64,000 nucleotides of DNA from Lama guanicoe (Eukaryota), in NCBI GenBank assembly GCA_013239625.1, contig MU054571.1:1185699-1249698 (forward strand). The letters are read 5' to 3'. Within the stretch, counting starts at the first letter, position 1. Each line of letters begins with the position of its first letter. The translations under genes were made by a program, and so were the position numbers. The notes under the pieces are model-generated. The model had not been told where the DNA came from and did not search any database. It saw only the letters and a program-made list of their open reading frames with translations. Below, piece after piece: positions 62,464-64,000 of this stretch.

Positions 62464-63089
62464 ACTTGAGAAATCTAACTTTAAAAAGAATAATTACAAA
62501 TTCTCACACACAAACACATAAGCTTCTAAGTTTGACCTAATATGTTCTGAGTGCCTTCCCCTCTGCAAAAGCTGGAGTTCTGGTTCATCTCAGACAAAGA
62601 CTCTCCCAGCATTCTCATACTCAGGGTATCACTGGAAATCTATTTTAATTTTTATTATAAAGGTATGTTTTCTGGAATCTAAGAGTGTTCATTTATTTTT
62701 AGATCCAATTCTTATCACATACTAGGATTAAAACAGACATATAGGAGACACAATTTTATATTTTAGGAATTCACCTTACCAAACTTTAAAAATTATAGCT
62801 TATCTGTGATCCACTCTGACTGTCTCCAAGGCTGTATTTATTGGCTAAAGAATATTCATAGAAATTTGAATGGGAACTCAAAACATTAATTATATACCCA
62901 TTGTTTTCCCTCCTCTTCAAGAAACTGTTACAGTTCTAATAGGACTACTGTGCTGTAACTAACCAATGTTTGATTAATAAAAAGCATAGCATACCTCACT
63001 TGAGGAAATGGGTAAATGTGTTCAAGTTTGGGGGAGAAAAAGACAGTTTCATGAAAAACAAAAAATGGCAATATAACCCTCCCCAAAAT

Positions 63090-63460
63090 GCATGAACTCT
63101 AATTGGATATGGGTGGGCCAGGGATGGAGGGCATAAAAATCTGGGGGGTGACAATTGGAAAAAATTTTAAAGCAACAGTATATTAGATACCATTACTGAA
63201 TTAATATTAATTATCTTCAGTGTGATAATGTATTGTGGTTAGGAGGAGACTGTCCTTATTCTTAGGAAATGCCTGAAGTATTTATTTAGGGATAAATTTG
63301 ATGATGTTTGCAACTTAATTCAAATGATTCAGCAAGGGGAAAAAAATGTACGTGAATAACCATTGATAAATCTAGGTGTAAAGTATGTCAGATTCATTAA
63401 ACTGTCTCTGCATCTTTCTGGGGGCTAAACATTTTCAATATTTTAAAAGCTGGAAGAAAA
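63090..63460 (+). mobile_element. Ancient L1 (L1ME-like) 3'UTR
   Basis: gtgtgataatgtattgtggtt...tgtccttattcttaggaaatgcctgaagtattt...tgcaacttaattcaaatgattcagc. Confidence 0.8.
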
Positions 63461-63679
63461 ATTCTGAGGAAAGGAAACTTCAAATGTCTTCAAATCACAT
63501 TCTATCAATTTTGCCCTAAACTAATTTCTGCTAATTATTATGCCTGATTGTTTGAAGATAATCCTGGTAGTAGTGGTAATAATAGTGTCAGAAATAGGTA
63601 TAGTAATGAACCAAAGAAACAGTATTTCACAGATTAGAAGTGCTTTTTACTTAATAGTTAAATGAAGTCAACTAGGTTA

Positions 63680-63960
63680 AAATAACATGGCATATTTACA
63701 AATAATAATATGCCAAAGCCACTGTGATAAGTACTCTTCATGTATTTTCTGATTTACTCTCATAATATGTCTGAAAGAGGTACCATTATCCCCATTTTAC
63801 AGATGAGGAAATTAAGTCTTAGTAAGGCCATAGTACAGCTAATATGTATGAGTACACACACACACACAGACACATACACACATATATATATGTAGATACA
63901 CACATGGCTAGCATATATCAGGGCTGTGTTTAAACTCAGGTAGTCTGACCCACTAAATGA
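63680..63960 (-). mobile_element. MIR relic containing a CA/TA microsatellite (63854-63903)
   Basis: taccattatccccattttacagatgaggaaattaag...tttaaactcaggtagtctgac. Confidence 0.85.
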
Positions 63961-64000
63961 TGGTAAAAACATCTTTCTTTTCTAATGTGTAAACTTACAT

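Noticed and set aside
1-64000. CRISPR arrays, operons, rRNA, intact retroviral or transposase genes
   Set aside because: Mammalian non-coding DNA; no regularly spaced repeat arrays, rRNA-like sequence or intact long TE ORFs were seen

Overview
Mammalian genomic DNA from a draft assembly with six N-gaps. It is very probably a camelid (alpaca/camel lineage), because nine copies of a tRNA-Ala(AGC)-headed Vic-1-type SINE are present. I recognise no protein-coding gene. None of the listed ORFs looks like a real CDS; they are chance ORFs or read through transposon relics. The window is dominated by interspersed repeats: L1 3' ends (several with target-site duplications), L2 and MIR relics, three MLT1 (MaLR) solo LTRs, hAT (MER3, MER5, MER58) and Tc-mariner (two deleted Tigger1, MER2) DNA transposons, and microsatellites. 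14 of 16 L1/LTR copies point in the + direction and the best splice-site pairs lie on the - strand, so the window is most simply read as intronic DNA of a large gene transcribed on the - strand (host not identified). The most interesting signals lie in repeat-poor blocks: candidate small exons (27 nt at 10603-10629, 46 nt at 21310-21355), a CArG/E-box module and a palindromic ACGT cluster near 11.1-11.5 kb, a FOX:ETS plus GTCACGTGAC module near 49.4 kb, and duplicated NF-kB sites near 52.1-52.3 kb. I found no evidence for a new self-contained biological system. All regulatory and exon calls are motif-level hypotheses. Repeat subfamily names come from recalled consensus sequences, and repeat boundaries without a TSD are approximate.
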